Positions 13,474 to 23,356 are shown, numbered from the stretch's first letter. The stretch is 64,000 bases of DNA from an uncultured Candidatus Saccharibacteria bacterium (GCA_964616255.1 CAZTQW010000006.1:2389-66388), one strand, 5' to 3'. The notes: generated by a model from the letters alone, not told the origin. A program made the numbers and translations.

Positions 13474-14034
13474 ATGAATGAAACAAAGAAATTAAATCCA
13501 ACTAGAACAGACTACGTCTGTTATTATGGCTGCCTGTTCCTATCAATAACCACTGGGTTTGCAACATTGACTGCGGAGCTCGGTCTGGTGATGGCAACTA
13601 TCTGCACGTGTTGTTTGATGGATACTAGTACAGTATTTAAAAACTGTCTGCTTGTGTGCGTTTACTGCGTTATGCTGTTTACGGCCGGAGTATTATCTCC
13701 TAGCCTGCGCCAGTTAGACAAAATCTTTGATACTGTGGGCTTTAATCCCAAGAGAGTTGCCACAGGTACAACTGGCGCATGTTGCGGTATGTTGCTTGTG
13801 CCACCTCTCGCTCTCGTGAGTTACGCAACGTATTTTACCGAACTGAAAACCATAATGGTCACGACGAGTTTAAGGACATTCTACAACTGGTGTCTTATAA
13901 TTATGGTGTTGGTGGACATATTATTTAATTTCATGGTAAAGGTAGTAAAGAGGCGGTACGAGCGGCAGGGATTTTGTTTCAAAGACGAAAAGGACGGAAA
14001 AACTAAGAAAAGAATCAGTAGATCACCGCGGTGA
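13474..14034 (+). CDS. Orphan Cys-rich integral membrane protein
   Basis: 186 aa with about 4 hydrophobic segments; TTGACA...TATAAT promoter at about 13378-13406 and its own terminator. Confidence 0.7.
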   Translation: MNETKKLNPTRTDYVCYYGCLFLSITTGFATLTAELGLVMATICTCCLMDTSTVFKNCLLVCVYCVMLFTAGVLSPSLRQLDKIFDTVGFNPKRVATGTTGACCGMLLVPPLALVSYATYFTELKTIMVTTSLRTFYNWCLIIMVLVDILFNFMVKVVKRRYERQGFCFKDEKDGKTKKRISRSPR

Positions 14035-14037
14035 TCT

Positions 14038-14063
14038 AGGCACCCTTCTGGGGTGCCTTTTTT
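14038..14063 (+). terminator. Intrinsic terminator
   Basis: AGGCACCC-ttctg-GGGTGCCT followed by a T-tract. Confidence 0.85.
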
Positions 14064-14159
14064 CTATTGACTTTTTTTCTAGATATGCTATCATAATAGT
14101 GTAACGAGGCCGATTATGATCGGCCTGTCTGTTGGCATGCTCATGAGAAAATTGAAAGG

Positions 14160-15335
14160 ATGGTGGGTACAATGAGTATAACATTAGAGTTGCCAAGAAC
14201 AGCACCGAAAACTGGTGAAAGTGTGGTTGAAGCTACATTGCCAGCTGATGTAATAACAGCTGAATCCGTGCAGGCCGAAGTAGATAACACTTTGACGCAA
14301 GTTGAGAAACTGTCACCTGAAGAACAGGAACAAGTGGACATCTTTGCAAAGCAAATTAACTTGCATGATAGTGAAGTGATTATGCGCTATGGTGAATCTA
14401 CTCAACAAAAACTGGAAAAGTTTACCGACGGTGCTTTGCAAGGTGTAGCAGGGCGAGATGTGGGCGAAATTGGAGATTTGCTTACGGAGATGACTACAAG
14501 TATCAAAGACTTCAATGAGAAGGCCGAAAGCAAGGTTATGGTTTTTATCCGCACCCTCAAGAAGAAAGCTGATATCTTGACCGTGAAGTATTCTGAGGTT
14601 TCAGAAACTTTGGAGAAGATCAAGAAGGAGTTGCTTGGTCAACGTACGACCCTGTTAGTAGACATCAAGATGTTGGACAAAATGTATAACGATAATCTTG
14701 AATACTACAAAGAGTTGACGATGTATATCATGGCAGGCTATCAAGCCCTCAAAGAAGCTCGCGAAGGCGAGCTATGCGAGCTGAAGCATAGAGCCGAAGT
14801 ATCAGGAGCACAGGAAGATGCTCTGCGATATAGCGACCTTAAGGATCGCTGTGAAAACTTTGAGAAGCAGTTGTATGACCTGGAACTCACGCGGTCGGTT
14901 TGCTTACAGACCGCGCCACAAATTCGCCTGGTACAAAAGACGGACGAACAATTAGTGCGCAAGATTCAGAGTAGTATCAATAATACTATTCCAATTTGGA
15001 AGCAAAAGATCGCTATCGCCTTAGCAATCCAGCACAATGAAGAAGCGGCTAAAGTGCAGAAAGGTATTACCGATCTAACTAGTCAAATGTTAGAAGATAA
15101 TGCTAAGAAGTTACACACCAGTGTAGTAGCTGCAGCCAGAGAGTCGGAGCGCGGGGTGATTGATGTGCAAGCTATTATTACAAGCAACACGGAACTTTTG
15201 GCAACATTTGATGACATCTGGTCTATACAGGAGGAAGGCTGTAAGGCTAGAGCAGATGCCAGAATTGAGCTGCGCAAAGCTGAGGAAAGCCTGAAGCAAA
15301 AATTATTGCAAGCCAGCCAACGTGCACAGAGTTAG
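14160..15335 (+). CDS. Toxic anion resistance protein, TelA family
   Basis: Coiled-coil protein with TelA-like motifs (YGESTQQKL, LYDLELTRSVCLQTAPQIRLVQ, KIQSSINNTIPIWK). Confidence 0.9.
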   Translation: MVGTMSITLELPRTAPKTGESVVEATLPADVITAESVQAEVDNTLTQVEKLSPEEQEQVDIFAKQINLHDSEVIMRYGESTQQKLEKFTDGALQGVAGRDVGEIGDLLTEMTTSIKDFNEKAESKVMVFIRTLKKKADILTVKYSEVSETLEKIKKELLGQRTTLLVDIKMLDKMYNDNLEYYKELTMYIMAGYQALKEAREGELCELKHRAEVSGAQEDALRYSDLKDRCENFEKQLYDLELTRSVCLQTAPQIRLVQKTDEQLVRKIQSSINNTIPIWKQKIAIALAIQHNEEAAKVQKGITDLTSQMLEDNAKKLHTSVVAAARESERGVIDVQAIITSNTELLATFDDIWSIQEEGCKARADARIELRKAEESLKQKLLQASQRAQS

Positions 15336-15354
15336 GCACTTTAACAAATAGGAG

Positions 15355-16122
15355 GTGAAGAAATTGAAAGAGTCTAAAAGTAAGATTGAAATTTGGACTT
15401 TCAAATTAGATATAGTCATTTTAAGTATCAGTATTCTGATATTTATTTTGTCGAGAACTCTGTTGAAAGACCAAATGATCATTCGGTTCGGTGTGCGGGC
15501 GATCAAAAATATTTATACTTTCGAGTTGGGCTTTTCTGCGACTATGGCAATCCTTACAGCATGGCGCGCTATGTGTTTTTGGAGATTACAATCCCAAGAC
15601 AAACACAGGCGGGCGCAGCAACGCGAACAAGAGGAGCAACAAGCTCAAGTAGTGACGGATTATGCCGAGGATAGTAGTAATCCACTTTTCACACGAAGAA
15701 GATTGGAACAAATTGCGCAAGAAATGCCGGATTTCGAAGGTTTAGTTAACCAGTGCTTAGCACAAATGAACCGCATGGATAAGCTGCAAATGAAGCAAGA
15801 AACTTTAATCGAAACTAATGACGCACGTTACCTGAAGGACACCGTGGTAGTTTTGGAAAATGTTGAACGCAGAATTTGCCAGAACTTTCGTACCGTGATT
15901 AATTTGTGTATTGCAGCGGAAGATTTGAAGCATCTCGACCTGAACAAAGTGCAACAAAGTCTTGATGACAATGAGCACAAACTTAGTAACACGCAGGAAC
16001 TCCTTAAAGCATCGGTAGACTGGATTAATCAGTATAATACTGATAGTCGTAACAGCGACCGAAGTGAGGTGGAGAATTGGATCGCGGTGATTCGCGATTC
16101 TTTAAAGGAGAATGAAAGATGA
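15355..16122 (+). CDS. XpaC-like membrane partner of TelA
   Basis: Two N-terminal TM segments and a helical C-terminus, between telA and the vWA lipoprotein; ATGA overlap with the next gene. Confidence 0.55.
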   Translation: MKKLKESKSKIEIWTFKLDIVILSISILIFILSRTLLKDQMIIRFGVRAIKNIYTFELGFSATMAILTAWRAMCFWRLQSQDKHRRAQQREQEEQQAQVVTDYAEDSSNPLFTRRRLEQIAQEMPDFEGLVNQCLAQMNRMDKLQMKQETLIETNDARYLKDTVVVLENVERRICQNFRTVINLCIAAEDLKHLDLNKVQQSLDDNEHKLSNTQELLKASVDWINQYNTDSRNSDRSEVENWIAVIRDSLKENER

Positions 16123-17783
16123 AAAAAATATTGAGCAGAATAATGTCCTTCGTGCTAATCGCAACCTGCCTGCTTAGCGGGTGTGGATCGACCGGTTACG
16201 AAGAAAACCAGACACTGACCTATAATGAAGCAATACAGGAACTTTCGTCAAAGCTGACGAAAGTTCACTCATCGACTGTTGATGCACCTTTGGATATTTA
16301 CGATTTGGACACACCAACCAAGACATTAGCGGATATTAATACTTTTCCGATCATCGTACAGGGGACCGGCACGATTGATATTGAAATTGCGGCCGCTACC
16401 GAGCTCTCGGCAGAAGCCCCAGACGATTTGATTAATGTCTTGGCTAAAAATTTTAATAGAAGTAAATTTGAACTAGATGGCAAGACCATCAGTGTGTCAA
16501 TTCGTAAGATCACTTCTGGTGAGGTATTGACTTACATGACGGAGGGAGACTACAAACCCGATGTTTACATTCCCTCGTCCTATGCCTGGGGCGATATGCT
16601 AAAAGCAAAAGGTGTGGGAACGATCAAGTTGACTGACCGAATCGCTGGCAATACTGCCGGGATTTTAATGGAAAAACAGACGCATGATAGCTTCATGGAA
16701 AAATATCATGAAGTAACGGTTGATAAAGTCTTAGAGGCTAGCTTGGCGGGAGATTTGACTTTCGCATACACTAACCCCTATACATCATCTACCGGTCTGA
16801 ATATTCTGGCAACCATGCTGCATAGTTTTGATGCAGATAATCCTTTGTCGGAAACGGCATCAGAAAAACTATTAGACTACCAGAGACAGTCGCCACCCGT
16901 GGCATACACTACGGCCGTACTACGCACTCAAGCTTCTAAGGGCATCATTAAAGCCATGGTCATGGAAGAACAGGCTTACAGAAATGCACCTGAGCTAAAA
17001 AATTACGTTTATGTTCCAGCCGGAATTAGACATGATCACCCGGTTTATACTTTTGATTATGTGACGACGGAAGAACAGGCGGTAGCAAAAAAGTTTGTCG
17101 AATATTGCTTAAGTAGTGAAGCGCAAAAAATCGCTGACGAGAAAGGCTTTAATCTGCACAACGAGTATCAGGAGCAAAGTTCCGGTCTGGACGGCGCAGG
17201 CTATTTGGCAGCCCAAAAAATTTGGAAGGCAAATAAAGATGGTGGTAAGCCCATTATTGCAGTCTTTGTGGCAGATATATCTGGATCAATGGACGGAGAA
17301 CCGCTCAATGCCTTAAAGGATTCTTTGATTTCAACGGCCAGCTACATCAGCAGTGATAATTATATTGGTTTAGTTTCCTACTCGGACGATGTCTATATCA
17401 ATTTGGGCATCGAGCAGTTTGATGAGACTCAGCGAGCATACTTCTCTGGTGCTGTAAAATCATTGACAGCAAATGGTAGTACTGCGACTTATGATGCTGT
17501 ACTTGTTGCCTTAAATATGCTACACGAGAAAGCGCAGGAAGTACCTGATGCAAAGCTGATGCTTTTTGTCTTGTCGGACGGCGAGCAAAATCGCGGCTAT
17601 GGGTTAAGTAAGATTACTGACGTCGTAGGCGGCATGAAGGTGCCAATCTATACTATCGGTTACAACTTGCAGAATTCTAATGCTCTGAAACAGCTCAGTG
17701 AGATTAACGAAGCTGCACTTATTAATGCACAAACTGATGATATTGTGAATCAGCTGCGTAATCTCTTTAACGTGCAGTTGTAA
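16119..17783 (+). CDS. Lipoprotein with substrate-binding-like domain and C-terminal vWA domain
   Basis: Lipobox LSGC; MIDAS motifs VADISGSMDG, ANGSTATYDAV and LSDGE. Confidence 0.9.
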   Translation: MKKILSRIMSFVLIATCLLSGCGSTGYEENQTLTYNEAIQELSSKLTKVHSSTVDAPLDIYDLDTPTKTLADINTFPIIVQGTGTIDIEIAAATELSAEAPDDLINVLAKNFNRSKFELDGKTISVSIRKITSGEVLTYMTEGDYKPDVYIPSSYAWGDMLKAKGVGTIKLTDRIAGNTAGILMEKQTHDSFMEKYHEVTVDKVLEASLAGDLTFAYTNPYTSSTGLNILATMLHSFDADNPLSETASEKLLDYQRQSPPVAYTTAVLRTQASKGIIKAMVMEEQAYRNAPELKNYVYVPAGIRHDHPVYTFDYVTTEEQAVAKKFVEYCLSSEAQKIADEKGFNLHNEYQEQSSGLDGAGYLAAQKIWKANKDGGKPIIAVFVADISGSMDGEPLNALKDSLISTASYISSDNYIGLVSYSDDVYINLGIEQFDETQRAYFSGAVKSLTANGSTATYDAVLVALNMLHEKAQEVPDAKLMLFVLSDGEQNRGYGLSKITDVVGGMKVPIYTIGYNLQNSNALKQLSEINEAALINAQTDDIVNQLRNLFNVQL

Positions 17784-17822
17784 ACTTGCATACTGGCTCT
17801 GAGATTTCTCACTTCCATAATT

Positions 17823-17847
17823 AGGACGGTCTTTGGCCGTCCTTTTT
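17823..17847 (+). terminator. Intrinsic terminator
   Basis: AGGACGGTC-ttt-GGCCGTCCT followed by TTTT. Confidence 0.75.
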
Positions 17848-18294
17848 CTATTCTTCGGTTTTCTTTGCAGCCTCTGCCCCGCGTGCCACAGCATCAGCTC
17901 CGCGCTCCATAGCATCAGCTTCTCTTTCCATCGCACTAGCAGTACGTTCGGCATTGTAGGCGGCATCTTCAGCGCGATCGGCTTCTTGATTGGCCTGCTC
18001 TACATCGCGAGCATGAGCTTGTTCGGCATACTTACGAGCTTGGTTCTCCATCACGTGATTCGCAAAAGTCTTAACGATACCACCAACCGATGTCATACCT
18101 TTGACATTATCGACGATATCATCAGCCTTGGCAGCGATTCCTTGACCCGTCTGGACAATTTTGCCCGCCTCATCGGCCAAGTGAATTAATTTTACAACCA
18201 AGATAATCGCCACAATCAAAAAAGTCAATAAAGTAATTGATAGTATTCCTACTAAAATCCATTCTGCAACGTTCATTATAATTATAACCTCCAA
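17848..18294 (-). CDS. Small membrane-anchored coiled-coil protein (DUF948/YoxC-like)
   Basis: N-terminal TM segment (WILVGILSITLLTFLIVAIILVV) followed by an Ala/Glu-rich helix. Confidence 0.6.
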   Translation of the reverse strand: MEVIIIMNVAEWILVGILSITLLTFLIVAIILVVKLIHLADEAGKIVQTGQGIAAKADDIVDNVKGMTSVGGIVKTFANHVMENQARKYAEQAHARDVEQANQEADRAEDAAYNAERTASAMEREADAMERGADAVARGAEAAKKTEE

Positions 18295-18303
18295 AATAAT
18301 TTG

Positions 18304-19173
18304 TTATTTATTAAGCTTTTCGCGTATTTCATCGCCAAAATCTTCACAATCCAGCGCATATTTGAGCTGAGCCATGAAGTAATTTTTAGGGTCGCCAGTA
18401 GTCACCCACTCACCGGCCGTGCGCTCGACATACACTGCGCCAAACTTCGCCATCTTGGTAATCGCGTCGACTGTCCAGAGTTCCCCATCGAGGCCAGTAT
18501 TGCGCGGGTCTAGATAGTCAAAAACTTCTGGAGTCAGCAAGTAGCGGCCGTAGCTTGTTAGGTTAGATGGAGCATCTTCGATCTTCGGCTTTTCGACGAT
18601 GTTATCCAGAGTGTTGGCCCCGGCTAACTTGATTACACCGTATTTATTAAGTACTTCCCGCGGCATTTCTTGGGCAATAATAATGGCCTTAGCATCTGGA
18701 TGCTGTGTATAGGAATCCATCAAAGTCTTCACGTCGGAGCTGCCAAAGACTACATCATCAGAATATGCCACAATAAAGGCCTCATCGTCGTTGATAAAGT
18801 TGCGGACTGAAGCGATCGGCGAGCCATTGCCATAAGGATAAGCTGGATCCTGCTCAATGACAGTGATTTTAGGGAGCTCAAGGACCTGACGGACTGGCTC
18901 GTAACGATCTTCTTTACCTTGCTTGCGCATAAGCTTAAAGATATGATTGGCGCAATTATTGAAATAATCTTCGTAAATAGCTTTGCCCTCGTGCGTTGCT
19001 ACGATAATGATCTCTTCGAGACCAGCTGCCGCACACTCCTCTACGACTAATTGCATAATTGGGCGATTACCTAGAGGCAACATCGCTTTAGGAATAGTCT
19101 TTGTAATGGGCAAAAAACGGCTAGCACACCCTGCATCAGTAATGATGGCTTTGGTTGGCTGATGATAATTCAT
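18304..19173 (-). CDS. galU: UTP-glucose-1-phosphate uridylyltransferase-like sugar-phosphate nucleotidyltransferase, copy 1
   Basis: KAIITDAGCASRFLPITKTIPKAMLP, IVEKP, SNLTSYGRYLLTPEVF. Confidence 0.8.
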   Translation of the reverse strand: MNYHQPTKAIITDAGCASRFLPITKTIPKAMLPLGNRPIMQLVVEECAAAGLEEIIIVATHEGKAIYEDYFNNCANHIFKLMRKQGKEDRYEPVRQVLELPKITVIEQDPAYPYGNGSPIASVRNFINDDEAFIVAYSDDVVFGSSDVKTLMDSYTQHPDAKAIIIAQEMPREVLNKYGVIKLAGANTLDNIVEKPKIEDAPSNLTSYGRYLLTPEVFDYLDPRNTGLDGELWTVDAITKMAKFGAVYVERTAGEWVTTGDPKNYFMAQLKYALDCEDFGDEIREKLNK

Positions 19174-19206
19174 AAAATCTCCTTTGAAACCCTATTATAG
19201 CACATT

Positions 19207-19851
19207 TTAGGCTTTTTTAGGGGCCTTTGGAGCTTTAGAACTATGGGACTGCGCTTTTTGTTTATGAGCCTTCTGAGCGGCCGAAGAACGTGCCTGGCGG
19301 TCTTCGCGCTGTTGCTCGCGGTTGTCAAAGCTATAAATTAGACTACAAACCCCCAGAATCAACATATAGGCCCCGAAAAAACGCACGAAATCGATATTGG
19401 CCAGATGACCAGAGTTGAAGATGACGATGCCAAAAATCAACCCGCAGACACCGCAGAGGCACCAAATAAAGCGATCAGTCGGGTCAACTGTGGTACGAAA
19501 GCCAATCAAAAGCTCAAAAACTCCCCGGAGAATAGTATATATCGTCATAATTACGAGGTGCCAGGTCATGCCTTCATTAATAGCAAAAAGTGTTAAGAGG
19601 CCAAAAATCGCATCAAACACCGCAATCGCAGTCGAGACCAGCCAGCCTTCCTGATTGTAGCTGCGGTATACGGAGTTTGCGAACTCAATTACTGCCAAAG
19701 ATAGCAAGAAAATGCCAACGATAGGAATGATACTGCGAGAACTCTCGCTATTAGTGAATAAGGTGAGACAACCAAAAAGTAGAGCCACCATTCCCTGGAA
19801 CACGAAGACGAGCCAGTGGCTATCAATGTATTTTCGCTTTATTTGCGCCAT
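19207..19851 (-). CDS. HdeD/DUF308 family membrane protein
   Basis: Six hydrophobic segments in repeated pairs; start at ATG 19851 after AGGAGG. Confidence 0.75.
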   Translation of the reverse strand: MAQIKRKYIDSHWLVFVFQGMVALLFGCLTLFTNSESSRSIIPIVGIFLLSLAVIEFANSVYRSYNQEGWLVSTAIAVFDAIFGLLTLFAINEGMTWHLVIMTIYTILRGVFELLIGFRTTVDPTDRFIWCLCGVCGLIFGIVIFNSGHLANIDFVRFFGAYMLILGVCSLIYSFDNREQQREDRQARSSAAQKAHKQKAQSHSSKAPKAPKKA

Positions 19852-19921
19852 AAAAAACCTCCTAATTTGTATTAGCATTATAGCATAGCGGAGTTTAACA
19901 GGCAATATAAACAGCTACTTA

Positions 19922-20102
19922 AGTCTAAATAGAGCCAAGGAGTGCCACCAATCTCGAGTTTTTCACCAATCCCCCGGTCAAAAGCGATTTTCTTTGCAAC
20001 CTTTTCACTTTTCATATCCTCGCGAAATTTTACTAAATCACCTTTTCCGTCCGAAGACTTTTCGAAGTAAGTCTCTAGCTGCTGTTGCATCTCGCTGCTA
20101 GT
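19922..20102 (-). pseudogene. Orphan C-terminal fragment of a DsbA/thioredoxin-fold gene
   Basis: Translation ...ETYFEKSSDGKGDLVKFREDMKSEKVAKKIAFDRGIGEKLEIGGTPWLYLD resembles the DsbA C-terminus (D...G....I.GTP). There is an in-frame TGA upstream and no CXXC region. Confidence 0.55.
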
Positions 20103-20193
20103 TCAGTTACACGATGATTTTACACGATCCTCAAACCTTTACAATCCCATTATACTCCATGTAGTTCAATTACACGATTGAATTTTACACGAC
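20099..20193. repeat. Imperfect ~30-bp direct repeat pair containing four TTACACGA(T/C) boxes
   Basis: TAGTTCAGTTACACGATGATTTTACACGAT (20099-20128) versus TAGTTCAATTACACGATTGAATTTTACACGAC (20162-20193); boxes at 20107, 20120, 20170 and 20185. Confidence 0.85.
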
Positions 20194-20311
20194 AAATTCA
20201 AATAAGACGACAGACTATGACTGTCGTAGCGAAAACACACTTTTGTGAGGCCTATTGTGGGCCTTTTTTGATACTGCTTAACCGTCTCCGGCTCAATAAT
20301 TGTCATACACT

Positions 20312-20388
20312 TGGTACACTCGGCGCGATTCGAACGCGCGACCCCTTGTTCCGAAGACAAGTGCTCTAATCCGCTGAGCTACGAGTGC
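20312..20388 (-). tRNA. tRNA-Arg (anticodon TCG)
   Basis: Cloverleaf GCACTCG...CGAGTGT-A-CCA; anticodon arm CTTGT-ctTCGga-ACAAG; T-loop GTTCGAATC; 77 nt. Confidence 0.97.
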
Positions 20389-20419
20389 ATGTCGTAATTA
20401 TACCACAAAATCCCCGAAC

Positions 20420-21055
20420 TTAGCTAGTCAAAACCGGTTCTTCCTGCCCGGCTCGAATCAGTTGACGAATCGCATCAAACAAATACGGCTTATAGACCGC
20501 GAGTTCTAAGGGCTCATTATATAAAATACACGAGAAGCAAGTCGAGCTCGTTAGTTCAATGATCATATATAATAATATGCCAGGATTTTTGAGATGGAGG
20601 CCGTTTTTTTCGGCGGCCGTGATCAGCATTTTCAGAACATCGACATTGTCCGTGGTAAAAATCTTACTGAGCTTCTGGTCAAATAATCCAAAGGAGAGGT
20701 TTTTGGAAATCAGGCGAAGGATTTCTTTGTTCTGAGCCAAAACGTCAACCACATACTCAATCACGAAGATAATCTGATCTTCAAAATTAACTAGCTCGGT
20801 CTGATGCAGAGCATTAAGGGCGCGTTGAAAAATCTCGTTCGACTTCTTAGCGATCACGCGATCTTTAAGCTCGTCTTTATCGCGAAAATAAAGATAAAAT
20901 GTGCCCTTCGCAACCCCAGAACGAGTAGCGATTTCCTGAATTGAGACTTCATCATAGCCTTGTTCTAGAAAAAGCTGATAGGCCGCATCGAGAATCCGGT
21001 CGTATTTATTGGCTTTTTTATTATGCCGCACGAGGCTATGTTCTAAAATCTTCAT
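20420..21055 (-). CDS. TetR family transcriptional regulator
   Basis: RILDAAYQLFLEQGYDEVSIQEIATRSGVAKGTFYLYFRDKDEL; divergent from the MMPL gene. Confidence 0.95.
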   Translation of the reverse strand: MKILEHSLVRHNKKANKYDRILDAAYQLFLEQGYDEVSIQEIATRSGVAKGTFYLYFRDKDELKDRVIAKKSNEIFQRALNALHQTELVNFEDQIIFVIEYVVDVLAQNKEILRLISKNLSFGLFDQKLSKIFTTDNVDVLKMLITAAEKNGLHLKNPGILLYMIIELTSSTCFSCILYNEPLELAVYKPYLFDAIRQLIRAGQEEPVLTS

Positions 21056-21101
21056 AATTACATTATACAGGTTAACTGCCAGCTATGCAAGTGACATAAA
21101 A

Positions 21102-21185
21102 ATGACTGTTGGTCATAAAGTCTCTTGACAAGTGATTATTATAGGGGTAAAATGTCATTAGAAAAAATGACTAGTGGTCATTTTT
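21102..21185 (+). promoter_or_regulatory. Sigma70 promoter flanked by two candidate TetR operators (ATGAC-N5-GTCAT)
   Basis: TTGACA at 21125-21130, 17 bp spacer, TAAAAT at 21148-21153. Operators are ATGACtgttgGTCAT (21102-21116) and AAAAATGACtagtgGTCATTTTT (21163-21185). Confidence 0.8.
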
Positions 21186-21257
21186 ATCAAAATAGAGTGG
21201 TCTGCACTATCCCATAAGATAAGTGAGGCCTCGAAAATAATTAAAAATAGGAGAATT

Positions 21258-23342
21258 ATGCATAAGTTTAGCGAGTTTATTTGCAAACATCGCTGGCTAA
21301 TCGTCATTATTTCGGGGCTATTGATGATTCCGGCCTTGTTTGGCTATCTCGCCACGCGAATCAATTATGATTTGCTGGTATACCTGCCTTCTGACATTGA
21401 GACTTTAGAGGGCCAGGAGATTTTGACTGAGGAATTTGGCATGGGGGCTTTCTCGGTCGCAGTGGTAGAAAACCTGCCACCGAAAGAACTATTGAAGCTT
21501 GAGGACAAGATTCGCAGTGTCGAAAGTGTGAATCAAGTTTTGAGCTTGGCGGATCTAGCGGGTACTGCGGTGCCATTAGATTTCTTGCCAACCGAAGTGC
21601 GCGAAAAAGCCATGCACGAAGACAACCAGCTCATGCTGATTACTTTTCGTGAAGGCACGAGCGACGAACAGACTTTGGCGGCAGTGGAGGAAATTCGCGT
21701 AATCGCTGGCGAAAGCTGCTTGATCGGCGGTATGAGTGCCATGGTGTTAGATACGAAGATTTTATTTAATAGCGAAACGGTATTATATGTCGCAATTGCC
21801 GTGAGCCTTTCACTCATCGTTTTGCTACTAGCGCTTGATTCATTTATTGTACCTTTCTTGATGATCGGTAGTATTGGTATTGCCTTACTGTTTAATATGG
21901 GCACAAATATTTTCTTAGGCGAGATTTCTTATATTACCAAAGCCATTAGTGCGGTCTTGCAGCTCGGTGTGACGATGGATTTTTCGATTTTCTTGTACCA
22001 TAAATACGAAGCAGCCAAACGACAAGAAAAGGATAAATTAAAAGCGATGGCAGGAGCTATTACCGAAACTGCTACTTCTGTCTTAGGTAGTGCCTTGACT
22101 ACGTTTGCAGGTTTCTTGGCGCTTTGCACTATGAGCCTCACTCTCGGTAGCGACATTGGTATTGTGATGGCTAAAGGTGTGGTGCTGGGTGTAGTTTGCG
22201 CCATTACGACTTTCCCGGCCCTACTACTAGTCTGCGATCGCTGGATCGAAAAGACCAAACACAAAGAATTATTGCCGAAATTCACGAACGTGCAGAAATT
22301 TATTATTAAATATCGAGTGCTAATTCTAGCAGTTTTCGCGATTTTGTTAGTGCCAGCTTACGTTGTTCAAACAAAAACTCAGGTTTATTATAAACTCGAT
22401 TCGTCGATTCCGGAGAGTTATGATTACACAAAAGCCATGACTACACTGCGTGACGAGTACGGTATGGAGTCGCAAATGATGGTGCTCGTGCGCAAAGAAA
22501 CTAGCACAGCTGACCTAAATAATATGGCACGTGAAATCACGCAAGTTGATGGAGTAGACGCAGCCTTAAGCCTGGCGATGTTGACGGATTATGGTTTGTC
22601 TGAGGATATTCTGAGCGAAAAAGTCCAGTCAATCGCCGAGAGTGAGAATTATAGCATGCTGCTAGTATTATCGGATTACAGCATTGCTTCAAACGAGTTA
22701 AATAATCAAATTTCCAAGATCAATGAAATTGTCGATCATTATGACGAAGGCGCGATCGTGGCAGGCGAAGGTCCGCTCATGAAAGATTTGGTCGAGATTT
22801 CCGATCGCGATTTTACGAATGTCAATGCGGTTTCGATTGGTGTAATATTCGTGATTATGGCAATCGTGCTGAAGTCGATTTCTCTACCAGTTCTATTAAT
22901 GGCAGCTATTGAATTTGCGATCTTCCTGAATTTAGGTGCGGCCTTTATAACGGGCACCGAAATTCCGTTTATCGCTTCAATCGTGATTGGTACGATTCAG
23001 CTGGGAGCGACGATTGACTATGCAATTCTGTTGACAACAAAATATCTGGAAGAACGTCAAAACGGCTCGGACAAAATTGAATCGGCCAAGCGAGCGCTGG
23101 GTAGTTCCATACAGTCGATTTTCGTCAGTGCAATGTGTTTCTTTGGCGCGACGATTGGTGTGGGTTTGATTTCGCAAATTGACATGATTGGCTCGCTTTG
23201 TACATTAATTGCCCGAGGTGCCATTATCAGTATGGTGATAGTAGTGACAGTGATTCCGGCGCTTTTGATGGTTTGCGACCCATTAATCCGTAAAACGACT
23301 CTAGGCTTTGGCCAGAAAAAACAAATTGTAGCTAAGAACTAA
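21258..23342 (+). CDS. MMPL/RND family transporter
   Basis: Two-repeat MMPL architecture (LQLGVTMDFSIFL; IQLGATIDYAILL); start at ATG 21258 after AGGAG. Confidence 0.92.
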   Translation: MHKFSEFICKHRWLIVIISGLLMIPALFGYLATRINYDLLVYLPSDIETLEGQEILTEEFGMGAFSVAVVENLPPKELLKLEDKIRSVESVNQVLSLADLAGTAVPLDFLPTEVREKAMHEDNQLMLITFREGTSDEQTLAAVEEIRVIAGESCLIGGMSAMVLDTKILFNSETVLYVAIAVSLSLIVLLLALDSFIVPFLMIGSIGIALLFNMGTNIFLGEISYITKAISAVLQLGVTMDFSIFLYHKYEAAKRQEKDKLKAMAGAITETATSVLGSALTTFAGFLALCTMSLTLGSDIGIVMAKGVVLGVVCAITTFPALLLVCDRWIEKTKHKELLPKFTNVQKFIIKYRVLILAVFAILLVPAYVVQTKTQVYYKLDSSIPESYDYTKAMTTLRDEYGMESQMMVLVRKETSTADLNNMAREITQVDGVDAALSLAMLTDYGLSEDILSEKVQSIAESENYSMLLVLSDYSIASNELNNQISKINEIVDHYDEGAIVAGEGPLMKDLVEISDRDFTNVNAVSIGVIFVIMAIVLKSISLPVLLMAAIEFAIFLNLGAAFITGTEIPFIASIVIGTIQLGATIDYAILLTTKYLEERQNGSDKIESAKRALGSSIQSIFVSAMCFFGATIGVGLISQIDMIGSLCTLIARGAIISMVIVVTVIPALLMVCDPLIRKTTLGFGQKKQIVAKN

Positions 23343-23356
23343 TTAGAAAGGATTTT

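Noticed and set aside
20099-20193. Possible CRISPR array
   Set aside because: Only two imperfect units with one intervening segment and no cas genes; no CRISPR array was seen anywhere in the window.
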